IMG/VR virus record: IMGVR_UViG_3300042898_003434
Location: 26,629 to 90,628 of that record
Length of the DNA: 64,000 nucleotides
Direction: 5' to 3' (one strand)
From: a virus
Under the pieces are notes generated by a model. That model searched no databases, was not told the origin of the DNA, and saw only the letters and a program-made list of their open reading frames with translations. This document shows positions 20,301 to 28,127 of the stretch, one piece after another; the stretch's first letter is position 1, and every line of letters starts with the position of its first letter. Position numbers and translations under genes: made by a program.

Positions 20301-20812
20301 AAATGCGCGGTATTTTCTCCAGACTTATTTCGTGTTTCTTGGAGAATTGCCATTTGCTTTGCCAAATCAACTTGCTCTTCGTTGTTCTTTGTTATTTTTT
20401 CAGACAACTCTTTACGAAGTTTTTCATTCGCCTCCATGTCGTTTGTCACTCGACCCAAAGTACCCATAGTTTTTTTAATGTGCTGTTCTATGTTCAGCAA
20501 CTCGGCAGCTTCTTTTTTCTTTTGTGATAAAAGCTTGAGTTCTAATCTACCCATGGATTCTATTTCAATCTTGTTCTCGGAGATTTGTGCACCTATTGAC
20601 TTAATCGCTTCTTTTGTCTTATCGTACTCACCCAGCGCGTTTACTAACGATTTCTTGGTAATATCGTATTGATTTGTTATCTGCTTCGATATATCGAATA
20701 TATCCGTCAACGATTCATGGAAGTCTTTTACTCGCGATTTTGCTTCTTCGACTGATTTTTTAACATCGTCGAAGCCGTCGGCTAAATCTTTGGTTGGATC
20801 GTCCTTTGCCAT
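17306..20812 (-). CDS. tape measure protein
   Basis: 1168 aa helical, Ala/Leu/Gly-rich, with N-terminal coiled coil, hydrophobic repeats and C-terminal 'VNLDGRKV'. Follows the chaperone-like genes. Confidence 0.88.
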   Translation of the reverse strand: MAKDDPTKDLADGFDDVKKSVEEAKSRVKDFHESLTDIFDISKQITNQYDITKKSLVNALGEYDKTKEAIKSIGAQISENKIEIESMGRLELKLLSQKKKEAAELLNIEQHIKKTMGTLGRVTNDMEANEKLRKELSEKITKNNEEQVDLAKQMAILQETRNKSGENTAHFDEMIADLKNRQNLAALVGNSIVMKNISAELKHGALTDERGRLIDRLNEQFVHELIHKEKIKAIDEELNELSIKKSGLESKNLKLEGDLNNEALKASKLLSEIQGLTAKLNFWKLIKLGYDRFVELDKAAEEFRKQTGFSATQMKDLRKDAEALNVEFASMGVSIEVAYKSAQALTDTFGRTSLISKEALQNVSLLSVNLGVAQENSAAVLATFQGLGGASEQAAMNIIKVGAGISDKAGIPFKLVMQDVASASEDTLSMLGANPSKLMKSAIAARSMGMELNKLVSSQRKLLDFSASINDEMEASALLGRNVNFQLARQLAFEGRVEDSARATLETVKNAGDFNKMNVYQREALAKAAGMELKDLTKMMAVEAQRDAILMGSDEAKKATLKAQEKELAALKKINDLDSADLVKQNEKALMQQKIQGLITKLKTSLESMVVAIGNILEPIITPLVTIVVPIFSRIAQLVGLIAAGLAWVLSPIKWIADGVASIVDGTGSWSKTVEFAKEQVKDLGTFVGTLIQIAGAGLITNIFFGSGGVGAVMSMIAKPFKAVGSFAKSLVEKVKGPSTTTGTPDISKGVEKTEKSSRSMKSNNGSGIKSFLTNLAAGLKKMAGVEVLKGALNLIPASIGLVVMIPGVLGAKLLSMVDGEKLSAALEGIAKGLKKMAKGDVLLGAGSLTAAALAFAIMTVGAIGLAAVAFLGGPAGAGLELLASGLKAMGKGTVMAGIVSMGLLALAFAGIAYGFKQFAELEWGTLAKVGVAIVGLGLAAAGLGYIAPLIFAGSLAIGVLGLAIGVFGIGTTALAEGLPVLATGIEKMITPLTSLASTAGGLYLAAGGIGAIGIALAAFGTGSAVAGIGNFVGGLLGGDPIKKIKELSSMGSQLQLTADSIQKISTSMSNFGAVDSFAASVDKLTLSLSKLNDQVESMSTIKMAALAVISAAAPTAAPTTAAAPTDTSVGVLGGKLDELISLMRSGAIAVNLDGRKVSSAMASSARD

Positions 20813-20849
20813 TTATATATAAATACTTACATATAAATATTATAATTGA

Positions 20850-21770
20850 TCACTTTTTGACCGTTGGTGGCTTGGATATTTTATTAGAGCCACCGCCTTT
20901 AGATGCACTCTTATTGGCTTCTGCCTCGGCTTTCTTGGCTTCTACTAGTTTTTTTATGTAAAACGCACGCAGCATTGTTGGCATTTTATACACACCGTCT
21001 TGAGTAAATGCGCCATTACTATAATAACAAAGGTCAAATATCTCAGAGTGTATGTTCATTTTGCTTTCTGAGTTTATACCAAATATGTCCGGATTTATTT
21101 CTATCCGCGACTTCTTGGAAACAGAACATGATGGGCATGTGAAAGATATTTCATTTATATATCCAGGTATGCTCTTATTATAATAAGACCTGAAAGAATT
21201 ACTATCCACCGCGCCTAATTGTTGATCATAAAAATCTTCTATACCATCTTTTTCGACACCGTCGATACTCAATGTCATGCATTTTATAAATGTTAACCAA
21301 CTATATTCATCATATATCTTATGCTCTGCACAAGTTGGCAGTTTGAAATATACAGTTCGTTTGCATCTAGGAAATGTATATGATAGCTTATTCACGCCTT
21401 TCTCGCATCTAGAAAAATCAAACTGAACAGATCTAAATGCAAAAGAAATGTCACCCTCGTGTTCTTGTTCGCACGACTCGCATTTGTATTTTGTTTTAGC
21501 GACTGCACCGTAGTTTGCAATTCGTAAATTCAATAATATAGAATCACGGTCGCACTTCAACAGCGTGTCATAATCAATACCACCCACCACAACTTCGTTC
21601 AGAAATTCTTTATCAAGGATTCCTCGTTTAGCAAAGTTTGAATTGGATAGCAATTCTTCTTGCTTTGCTGTGATTGGGTATATACTGACCTTACCAGAAG
21701 ATAATATATGCTCTTTGGGATAGAAATATCCCTCAGATGCCAACTCTATTATCTCATAGTTTAAACTCAC
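20850..21770 (-). CDS. gp26-like baseplate/tail assembly protein with a C-terminal extension
   Basis: LASEG.FYP, ITAKQEELL, two CxxC pairs, then 'IHSEIFDLCYYSNGAFT...VYKMP..LRAFY'. Confidence 0.75.
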   Translation of the reverse strand: MSLNYEIIELASEGYFYPKEHILSSGKVSIYPITAKQEELLSNSNFAKRGILDKEFLNEVVVGGIDYDTLLKCDRDSILLNLRIANYGAVAKTKYKCESCEQEHEGDISFAFRSVQFDFSRCEKGVNKLSYTFPRCKRTVYFKLPTCAEHKIYDEYSWLTFIKCMTLSIDGVEKDGIEDFYDQQLGAVDSNSFRSYYNKSIPGYINEISFTCPSCSVSKKSRIEINPDIFGINSESKMNIHSEIFDLCYYSNGAFTQDGVYKMPTMLRAFYIKKLVEAKKAEAEANKSASKGGGSNKISKPPTVKK

Positions 21771-21779
21771 ACACAGCTA

Positions 21780-22616
21780 TCAATCAGTGATGTTTGGCCA
21801 GAAGAAGTTTGCACCAAGTGGAATAGATACTTTAGCTTGATGTCCACATGCTGGGCATGTAAATTCAAATGTCATATCCAAATCGGGTGTACTTTCTCTG
21901 ATAAATCTGCGTAATGCCAAACTATCTTTTGCGGTTAATTGAGTATCAACGAAGTTTTTGACTTTGGATCTATCAGAGTCACCTTCAATAGACTTAATTG
22001 TGTATTTAAGTCTAGTTGTGATTTCTGGAGATGCGGCATTTGCTCCCAGCTTGGCCAGCGCTTTTAATTCTTGCTCGATTTCTGATTCATCTTTGTGAGT
22101 AAGCAAACCGAACGTAATGGACTTACCTGATGTTGGCAGCGTAAATGCAAATCTGTTATCTCCCTTTGTTAACTTGGAAGTATCGATGTCTTTTTCAACA
22201 ACGTTGTCTAGATTAATATCAACCAAAGATTCAACGCCACATTCTGTGCATTTTACCTTTGTGGTATAAATTTCGCCATATGCACTCTTTCTGGCTGCAA
22301 TAAATAACGAGTTTTTGTCACCAATTAAAAGGTCGTTTATTGTAACATTTGGAGTAGCGATCAACGCTTTCAAGAATTCATCAAGAACAGTTCCTTTCTT
22401 CAGCAAGTTGGCGTTGCTAAGAATATCTTCGTGCTTGGCGGTGACTTGATATATTTCAATCGTTCCGCTGGACAATGGGCTGTTTTCTGGATAGAACAAT
22501 CCCTTGGACGGCAACTTTACCGTGATTGTTGGTAAAGTTGATTTTGTTGATTCTGATTGAGCAGCCACCGGTTTTGGTGCTGCGTTATTTTTAGCGACGG
22601 GTATATTTGATTCCAT
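21780..22616 (-). CDS. gp26-like baseplate hub / tail assembly chaperone
   Basis: LPSKG.FYP, TAKHEDIL, GDKN.L..AAR..AYG, CxxC pairs, ends FFWP. Confidence 0.8.
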   Translation of the reverse strand: MESNIPVAKNNAAPKPVAAQSESTKSTLPTITVKLPSKGLFYPENSPLSSGTIEIYQVTAKHEDILSNANLLKKGTVLDEFLKALIATPNVTINDLLIGDKNSLFIAARKSAYGEIYTTKVKCTECGVESLVDINLDNVVEKDIDTSKLTKGDNRFAFTLPTSGKSITFGLLTHKDESEIEQELKALAKLGANAASPEITTRLKYTIKSIEGDSDRSKVKNFVDTQLTAKDSLALRRFIRESTPDLDMTFEFTCPACGHQAKVSIPLGANFFWPNITD

Positions 22617-22681
22617 ATTATTATAACGTTTACTTTATCATATATATGAATTACAATAAGTTTTTCATATATATAAAAAGT

Positions 22682-22786
22682 TTATTTACTATTTTTATTT
22701 TCGGTCAAGTTTTTCTTTCTACCAAGCTTTGGTATAAGTACCGATGCTATCAACGAAACTACCGCCGAAACGCCTATAATCCACAT
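22682..22786 (-). CDS. possible 34-aa single-TM peptide, or relic alternative C-terminus of the upstream lipoprotein
   Basis: Manual translation MWIIGVSAVVSLIASVLIPKLGRKKNLTENKNSK. Resembles the last TM segment of ORF 22816..23766. Confidence 0.35.
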   Translation of the reverse strand: MWIIGVSAVVSLIASVLIPKLGRKKNLTENKNSK

Positions 22787-22815
22787 AGGAACGCTGACGG
22801 CGGTGCATGAATTGT

Positions 22816-23766
22816 CTACCACGACGCAGACGGCGTGGCTGGTCGTTTTAGTATATCACACTTACCCGTCCTAGGGTTAACTATAACCATTGCAATTATA
22901 ATAACTCCCATTGATACTGCTACTATCCAGAACGGTACCATCACTGCTATATAAGCCATCCCTAGAGTAAAAACCCCAGCAATAATAAAAGTGGGACTCT
23001 TTAAAAGTAAACCACCCACTAATTGTAGTATACCCACAATTGCTAAGGCTTTTACTATCCAGCGTAGCATTTCCATACGTTGTTCTTCTTTAGCTGAAGC
23101 AATCTTAGCTTCGGTTTCTTTTTGAATGCGTTCTATTTCAACTTGTCTTGCAGCTTCTAAACGTTGTATTGTGACTTTGTTTTCTTCTCTCAACTTACGT
23201 TTTTCTTCTTCTTTTTCTTCGATTAATCTAGTTGCGCTTTCGTAAGCAGCCGCAGCAAGCAAACCTTCTCTAACTTTTTCTTCATATTTTTTAAGTAACT
23301 CTTCAACAGCTTTTTTTCTATCTAAGTCGACTTCTGCTCTTATATTAAGTCTTGTATCTTCGGGCAGTTGATCCAAACGAGCCATATTTTCTTTAGCTCG
23401 TAAATGAGCAATAAGAAAGTCTAAATCTGTATCTTTTTTATTATTATCTGTAACGTAATAGATACCATAGTTAACTTTGCTTATTTCGGCAAAGTTTGCA
23501 AAGTCCACTTGTTCTCTCTTTTTATATGTTTCTTCTAACTCTTTGCGGAATTCGTCATACTCTTGCTCCATCTTAAGTTTAGCTTCTTGTAATTTTTTAT
23601 CTGAATCGGCTATTTGACCCAAAGCTTCATTGGTTGCTTGACCCCCAACAATTGCTTTGTCTGGAGTACTTCCCAAACTTTTCCATGCCTCAGGCATTTT
23701 TAGACCTGGTATTATAGAACAACCGGTTAAGAATACCAATATAAATATTAGTGCATATACTCGCAT
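22816..23766 (-). CDS. lipoprotein with coiled-coil body and C-terminal TM helices (spanin-like architecture)
   Basis: Signal peptide with lipobox FLTG|C, a long E/K/A coiled coil, and about three hydrophobic segments at the C-terminus. Confidence 0.75.
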   Translation of the reverse strand: MRVYALIFILVFLTGCSIIPGLKMPEAWKSLGSTPDKAIVGGQATNEALGQIADSDKKLQEAKLKMEQEYDEFRKELEETYKKREQVDFANFAEISKVNYGIYYVTDNNKKDTDLDFLIAHLRAKENMARLDQLPEDTRLNIRAEVDLDRKKAVEELLKKYEEKVREGLLAAAAYESATRLIEEKEEEKRKLREENKVTIQRLEAARQVEIERIQKETEAKIASAKEEQRMEMLRWIVKALAIVGILQLVGGLLLKSPTFIIAGVFTLGMAYIAVMVPFWIVAVSMGVIIIAMVIVNPRTGKCDILKRPATPSASW

Positions 23767-23805
23767 GACTATATAACAATTAATATTGCGCTCGGTATTT
23801 TCATA

Positions 23806-24705
23806 TTATTTCGCAACCACCGACGGTTCTCCGAGTTTGGATTTATCAACTACTAAATCAAGTGTTGAGCCTTGAAGTAGTTTATCGTCATAGAACAATT
23901 CCTCTAATTCTTGATACTTAGCTGAAACAGACGGAGTTAAATTATAATTTGCTAGATCTTCGATTCTATAAAGATTCTTTTCCATCTTGTCGTTACTGAT
24001 CTTACCAGACGGTAAACGGAAATCAAAATTTCCAATTTTTTTACCGTTTAATTTTACAATGACTTTAGAATTCGGTTTAGCGGATGTCATTGGTTGATCA
24101 TCACCGTCGTCTTCGGCGTCGTCTTCACTGGCATCCTCACTGTCGTCGGCACCCACGTTCGTTGATGGTGCCGCCGATGGTATCGTCGATGGTGCCGCTG
24201 CATCTTTCTTTGGACGACCCATTCCCTGAATACCTTTTGGAACATATGGTCCTTTTGGCGCTTCGGTTGGCATTCCGTCTGGATACAGCTCTGAATTTGG
24301 GTGTCCTTTTATTGACCATCCGGTTGGTGAGTTTGTATCTTCGACTTTGAATTTATTTCCGATACCGTATGCAACACCGTCTCTGATACTGGCTGGGGTT
24401 CTTGACATTTCATCTGTGCGATGTTTCTCTAGTTCTTCACGTATCATAGCAACAATATCTTCTTTCATTACGCTAGGCGTTGCTGGTTTTTTTACAACTG
24501 GCAGTTTCTTACCTTCTTGTTTTTCTTTTGGCTCGGAATTTGACGTGAGATTTTTATCGGTCGCAATTTTTTCTGTGTGTTCTACAGAATCGGATGTCTT
24601 TTTAAATCCAGACAAGCCTTTTGACTCTTCTAGTTTTTGTTGTCTAACGACAACAGCTTCTTGTACGATCACTTTAATTAGTTGTTTTAGTTCTGATTTT
24701 TTCAT
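23806..24705 (-). CDS. hypothetical protein with MKKSELKQLI leader and an acidic tract
   Basis: ATG at 24705 preferred; low-complexity D/E tract. Confidence 0.75.
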   Translation of the reverse strand: MKKSELKQLIKVIVQEAVVVRQQKLEESKGLSGFKKTSDSVEHTEKIATDKNLTSNSEPKEKQEGKKLPVVKKPATPSVMKEDIVAMIREELEKHRTDEMSRTPASIRDGVAYGIGNKFKVEDTNSPTGWSIKGHPNSELYPDGMPTEAPKGPYVPKGIQGMGRPKKDAAAPSTIPSAAPSTNVGADDSEDASEDDAEDDGDDQPMTSAKPNSKVIVKLNGKKIGNFDFRLPSGKISNDKMEKNLYRIEDLANYNLTPSVSAKYQELEELFYDDKLLQGSTLDLVVDKSKLGEPSVVAK

Positions 24706-24715
24706 AATTATAAAT

Positions 24716-24952
24716 TTATTGATTGGGTTGAGCTGGATCTGCATTAACTGTCATATACAAAATACCATTGTTACTGTATACTTCGATGATTTCTAAATCA
24801 TGAGATCCATAATGAGTAAGAATTTTTACTTCTTTTACATTTTCACCTTGAATAATATCATTTAACTTACTCGCAATATCTTGTCCCTTAGATTCGGTTA
24901 TCTTACGACGAATTACTTCTCCTATTAGTTTTTTTAATTCCGATTTTTTCAT
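24716..24952 (-). CDS. small hypothetical protein with MKKSELKKLI leader
   Basis: ATG at 24952; shared leader. Confidence 0.7.
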   Translation of the reverse strand: MKKSELKKLIGEVIRRKITESKGQDIASKLNDIIQGENVKEVKILTHYGSHDLEIIEVYSNNGILYMTVNADPAQPNQ

Positions 24953-24954
24953 AA

Positions 24955-25311
24955 TCACTTTGCGTATTTTTTTTGCAACGATTCGATTTCTTTAGCAATC
25001 TTTGCTGAGTTTTGTTGGACCTTGGCTTTTTGTTGCTCTAGGTCTTGGGTCTTTCGCATAACAGGAGCTTTTAATTTTTGAATAGCACCATCGATCTTCT
25101 GATTGTCATTATTCAATTTATCTTGTTGCTTTTTCAAGTTGGCCATCTTAACTTTATCTGAGTCCGACATATTCGAAGAGTCGTCCGCCGACTTTTTCTC
25201 GTCCTGTGGTACGTTTGATTGTAATGGAGCGTCTGTTGCTCCCAACGTTGCCTCTTTTAACTTTCTTTTTACCATTTCTTTTATAAATTCTTTCAACTCT
25301 TCTTTATTCAT
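24955..25311 (-). CDS. coiled-coil hypothetical protein with MNKEELKEFI leader
   Basis: 118-aa ORF; shared leader. Confidence 0.75.
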   Translation of the reverse strand: MNKEELKEFIKEMVKRKLKEATLGATDAPLQSNVPQDEKKSADDSSNMSDSDKVKMANLKKQQDKLNNDNQKIDGAIQKLKAPVMRKTQDLEQQKAKVQQNSAKIAKEIESLQKKYAK

Positions 25312-25377
25312 ATTTTATTTTTTGTTTTTTTAATTTAGTTGAAATTTATATATAATATATATATTAAGACATTCTTA

Positions 25378-25407
25378 ATTATACACAGGTGCGTCGGAGT
25401 ATGTCAA
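25378..25407 (-). promoter_or_regulatory. consensus sigma70 promoter
   Basis: TTGACA-N18-TATAAT with TGTG immediately before the -10. Confidence 0.8.
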
Positions 25408-25434
25408 GACAAATTAAATGTTTTTGATTTTATT

Positions 25435-26268
25435 TTACTTACCGTGCATTTTTAGCAATTGAATAGCAAGTTTCTTTATTTCGGTTGCATGATCAACTTC
25501 TTTTTTTTCATTAGGATCATTCATGTCAATTTCGCCGCCAACTTCGTCTAGTTGACCGTGCATTTTCAAAAACGCATCGATGTGTTTTTTCATCTTCTTC
25601 GCAATACCAACTTCTTGTTTTTCTTCCGGATTACTCATGTCGGCTTCGTCATGATTTTCTTTGATATTATACATTTTTCTAAATGCATCATATGCATACG
25701 TAACGTCTCCGGAAAATGCATAAACACCAATGTCCTTCTTTCCGTTTGGATATTTTGCGTTAACAAATTCAAATTTTTGACCACTCATCATAAACGGTTC
25801 TTCGTCTCTCATTTGGCTTATATATTCAACATACAAAGGGGCTTCTTCTGTAGATTCATATAAACCTTCTTCGCGGTCAGCGCAAGCAGAGCATTGATAC
25901 CCCTTTTTCTTTTCCCAAGAACTTAATGCATCTGGTGTATTACATGTTGGACATTCGTGACGAGATTTGTCTTTTTTGTTATGCGAACTTATCTTATCGT
26001 TATATTTCATGCGCTCTTCCGCATCTGGATCATAATCTTCATTCTTACCTTTCTCTTCATAGGCCATCCACATTTCACTGATTCTTTGGTCGCCCTCATT
26101 CTTTTTATTATGAATAGTCCACATTGTGGCATATGCTCTGGCTGGATTTTTTTTGTATTTAGACAACAGCTGCTTTTCTAACGCACGAGGAAACTTTGGT
26201 GGGGCAGCTTCCGTCATAGCTTCACCAATAGCTTCGTTGATAAGATTCTTTAATTCCGATTTATTCAT
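25435..26268 (-). CDS. modular hypothetical protein (MNKSELKNLI leader, Zn ribbon, C-terminal tandem repeat)
   Basis: CPTC...CSAC; repeat DMxxPxEKxEVxxAxxxKK...LKMHG occurs twice. Confidence 0.75.
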   Translation of the reverse strand: MNKSELKNLINEAIGEAMTEAAPPKFPRALEKQLLSKYKKNPARAYATMWTIHNKKNEGDQRISEMWMAYEEKGKNEDYDPDAEERMKYNDKISSHNKKDKSRHECPTCNTPDALSSWEKKKGYQCSACADREEGLYESTEEAPLYVEYISQMRDEEPFMMSGQKFEFVNAKYPNGKKDIGVYAFSGDVTYAYDAFRKMYNIKENHDEADMSNPEEKQEVGIAKKMKKHIDAFLKMHGQLDEVGGEIDMNDPNEKKEVDHATEIKKLAIQLLKMHGK

Positions 26269-26876
26269 AATGTTTTACATTTATTTGAGTGTTTTGTTAA
26301 ATTTCCTTTATCCAAGCATTTACCGCAATTTGGACAAGGATACTTTTGTCTTTTTATCGCTGCTTGGGATTTTTTTGAACGAGCTAATTCTGGATCCGAT
26401 AGTGTCATTTTAATTCCTTTGTTCCACGATGGTTTTCCTCGTCTTGATTTTCCTGGATCTCCAGCAGATATCTTCTTACTCACGGTATCTGAATCATACA
26501 TTTCAGTCCAGTGCTTTATTTCTCCACTATTAAGTTTCATTTTGAGAGTTTTTGATGTCTTCAATTTGGTCAATTCGGAATGAGTTCTTCCCTTACTTGC
26601 CACAGACCTTTGTTCGAACGTCCACCCGCAAAATCCAAGTTTTTCTTTTTTGGATTTTTGTCCTCCAAGTTTTCCTCCGATGGACGCCCATTTGATCCCG
26701 TCGTGATTATGTATTTTTGCATGTTCCTCCGCCGACACCGCAATAAGGTTATGTATATCATTGTTGTATGGATTTCCGTCAACATGATGGATATGATAGC
26801 CATCTGGAATAGCGCATTTATGAGCCTCATACAAAGCTCTATAATTAACATTTGCTAATTTGTGGTGCTTACTCAT
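26265..26876 (-). CDS. HNH homing endonuclease with NUMOD3-like motifs
   Basis: IHHVDGNPYNNDIHNL...EEHAKIH; GRTHSELTKLKTS; PSWNKG; C-terminal CxxC. Confidence 0.85.
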   Translation of the reverse strand: MSKHHKLANVNYRALYEAHKCAIPDGYHIHHVDGNPYNNDIHNLIAVSAEEHAKIHNHDGIKWASIGGKLGGQKSKKEKLGFCGWTFEQRSVASKGRTHSELTKLKTSKTLKMKLNSGEIKHWTEMYDSDTVSKKISAGDPGKSRRGKPSWNKGIKMTLSDPELARSKKSQAAIKRQKYPCPNCGKCLDKGNLTKHSNKCKTL

Positions 26877-26879
26877 GAC

Positions 26880-27398
26880 TCACCATTTTCTACAACTCCA
26901 ATATCTCGCAGATGTTCTATCTTTCGCAGAAGAACATTTATGTCTTGCCCTGAAACTCTTGCGGCGCTTTGGATTGCTCTTTTTGATTCTCATATTTGGA
27001 TCACCAAAATTGACTTTCTTTACTTTTCCGGTTTTTGGATTCTTAACAAAAACTTTCGATTTTTTTACATCGCCCTTCATAGGAACGCCAAGTTTAACTT
27101 TACGACCACGATATTCTGCCTCTTCAATCTTAGCATCTGCATTAAAATCTCCATACATTTCATAGAATTCATTGCCTTCACATGTATGCTCATCGCCCTC
27201 TGGAATCATGTCCCATTTTGGTGATTCGTAGTATTCTTCCAAATCTTCCTCCTCGTTGACTGGTACACAGTTTGGTACTTCTTTCCCATTCTTTTTCTTT
27301 GTGCCGTATGCTGTGTAGCCTTTCCAACACGGATTTTCCATTTTAGTTACTTCTTCAACAGCCTCACGGATCAAAAGTTTAAGTTCGGATTTAGTCAT
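26880..27398 (-). CDS. phage protein with MTKSELKLLI leader, CWKGY module and basic C-terminal domain (DUF6321-like)
   Basis: PCWKGY..YGTKKKNGKEVPNCVP; KVNFGDPNM...RRKSFRARHKC...ARYWSC. Confidence 0.75.
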   Translation of the reverse strand: MTKSELKLLIREAVEEVTKMENPCWKGYTAYGTKKKNGKEVPNCVPVNEEEDLEEYYESPKWDMIPEGDEHTCEGNEFYEMYGDFNADAKIEEAEYRGRKVKLGVPMKGDVKKSKVFVKNPKTGKVKKVNFGDPNMRIKKSNPKRRKSFRARHKCSSAKDRTSARYWSCRKW

Positions 27399-27413
27399 AG
27401 TTTGCGATGTGTA

Positions 27414-27421
27414 TATAAATA
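27414..27421 (-). promoter_or_regulatory. TATTTATA putative late promoter motif
   Basis: 15 nt upstream of the ATG at 27398, downstream of the tube terminator. Confidence 0.5.
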
Positions 27422-27451
27422 TAACTCCCTATGTAAAAAAAGTATAAGTGC

Positions 27452-27482
27452 AAAAAAAATCCCCCTCAAAACGAAGGGGATT
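27452..27482 (-). terminator. Rho-independent terminator after tail tube
   Basis: Minus strand AATCCCCTTC-GTTTT-GAGGGGGATT followed by a T run. Confidence 0.85.
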
Positions 27483-27503
27483 GTATATAAAAAAGAATAT
27501 ATC

Positions 27504-28001
27504 TTAGTATTCCAATACGCAATAGTCCATTGCGATGGTGATGCTAACCATTAGTGGGTCGCCACCGTTACTCCAATCAAGAGCTGTGGTGTTGAAATTA
27601 ACCGATGATGGGAAAGCGCCGTAAATAGACCACTTTTCAACTTTATCGCCCACTGGACCAAGAACGTCGATGGTTAGAGTCTTCTTATAGAAGTCTGCAT
27701 ATCCGTTACGACCAGTAACAGACTCGTGACCTAGACGTACCCATTCCATAACAGCTTGAGCTGCGGATGGAACGATTGGGTCGTATAGAGTCACTTCAAT
27801 GTCTTGCCATTCAGATTTACCCTTCAACTTACGTTTCAAGTTGATGTGGTCTAGTGTGATTGGATTGTTGTTGATTTGAGGACGACCCACGGCTTTAATT
27901 AAATAAGCTGGGATACCGTCGATACCCATGATGAAGCGGTTAGCCACCTTTGGTTCGAAGGCCGTAAAGAAGATTTCGTTTGATGCTAGTAGTTCTGCCA
28001 T
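27504..28001 (-). CDS. tail tube protein (T4 gp19-like)
   Basis: FEPK..NRF, GKSEWQDI.VTLYDPI, YADFYKK, EKW...GAFP, LDWS. Confidence 0.92.
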   Translation of the reverse strand: MAELLASNEIFFTAFEPKVANRFIMGIDGIPAYLIKAVGRPQINNNPITLDHINLKRKLKGKSEWQDIEVTLYDPIVPSAAQAVMEWVRLGHESVTGRNGYADFYKKTLTIDVLGPVGDKVEKWSIYGAFPSSVNFNTTALDWSNGGDPLMVSITIAMDYCVLEY

Positions 28002-28032
28002 AATATTTTAAATGATTAGTTGTTATTTTACC

Positions 28033-28060
28033 TTGACAATAGATAAATAAACATTACAAT
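28033..28060 (+). promoter_or_regulatory. sigma70-type promoter for the plus-strand island
   Basis: TTGACA-N16-TACAAT. TATTTATC also occurs at 28095-28102 on the sense strand. Confidence 0.6.
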
Positions 28061-28127
28061 CAAGAAATCATATAATATTTAATAACTATTTTACTATTTA
28101 TCCTTATATAAACTAAAAGTATATAAT

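Noticed and set aside
17406-20672. Long plus-strand ORFs (18027..19028, 19956..20672 and others)
   Set aside because: Antisense shadows of the tape measure gene with no motifs of their own.
22607-22810. 67-aa plus-strand ORF
   Set aside because: TTG start inside the opposite gene, AT-rich intergenic composition, and against the local gene orientation.
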